DNA from: a virus
Taxonomy: Duplodnaviria; Caudoviricetes
IMG/VR virus record: IMGVR_UViG_2974597119_000001
Span: 1 to 64,000 of that record
Reading direction: 5' to 3' (one strand)
Length of the DNA stretch: 64,000 nt
Below, in pieces: positions 63,777-64,000 of this stretch. Within the stretch, counting starts at the first letter, position 1; each line of letters opens with the position of its first letter. The position numbers were made by a program, and so were the translations under genes. The notes beneath the pieces are model-generated. The model made no database searches. It worked only from the letters and a program-made list of their open reading frames with translations, and was not told where the DNA came from.

Positions 63777-64000
63777 ATGAAGATCGTAAGCGAAGTGATC
63801 CAGCCCGACGCCAGCGCCTGGAGCGCGCTGGTTGAGGTGCGCGGCGTGTTGTTCCGCGCCTCCTACGTCGCCAACCGGCTGAGCTGCGGTCTCGCTCCCT
63901 ACAAGCACGCGCCGCGCCGCCCCCGCTGGTATCTCGAATCGGTGCAGCGCTGGGCCGAGAAGCAAGTCGCCGCCCTGCCGGCCGAATGGATGCAGATGCA
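63777..64000 (+). CDS. Hypothetical protein, truncated by window end
   Basis: AGGAG SD + ATG 63777; open to the end. Confidence 0.55.
   Translation, partial: MKIVSEVIQPDASAWSALVEVRGVLFRASYVANRLSCGLAPYKHAPRRPRWYLESVQRWAEKQVAALPAEWMQM

Overview
A 64-kb slice of a large, very GC-rich contractile-tailed (myovirus) phage or phage-plasmid. The host is probably a betaproteobacterium (Achromobacter/Bordetella-like; inference). 1-20.5 kb (mostly minus strand) is the tail/baseplate/head module: tail fibre start, baseplate, SLT-bearing tape measure, chaperone pair, tube, sheath, neck, capsid, scaffold and protease. 21-39 kb holds probable head-packaged cargo genes and the portal: two giant SNF2 proteins (one DarB-like with a methyltransferase), a pyrophosphatase, MuF, a phosphoesterase and a RelA/SpoT synthetase-small protein-HD hydrolase triad. 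39-52 kb (mostly plus strand) has small accessory genes, rtcB, a 2.2-kb RNA island (tRNA-fMet, -Asn, -Pro, a circularly permuted two-piece tmRNA, two large hairpin-rich non-coding blocks), an AraC regulator and a DNA methyltransferase. 52-61.5 kb (minus strand) carries the terminase genes and small ORFs, followed by a GATACC-repeat, origin-like gap at 61.6-62.1 kb. Main observations read from the sequence: (1) about 16 copies of a TCGTGAC-N2-[-10] promoter-like motif, most placing an ATG at the predicted +1, implying a leaderless late regulon; (2) a shared hydrophobic-K-[A/S] tag plus a VxGYxRxDGxxVxP motif on otherwise unrelated enzymes, suggesting a virion-loading signal; (3) the alarmone synthetase/immunity/hydrolase triad inside the head operon; (4) a prfB/PA-X-like +1 frameshift in the tail chaperone; (5) an 11-bp-period TAGGGCGC operator-like repeat. 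Functional calls come from motif recognition by eye; no database searches were run.
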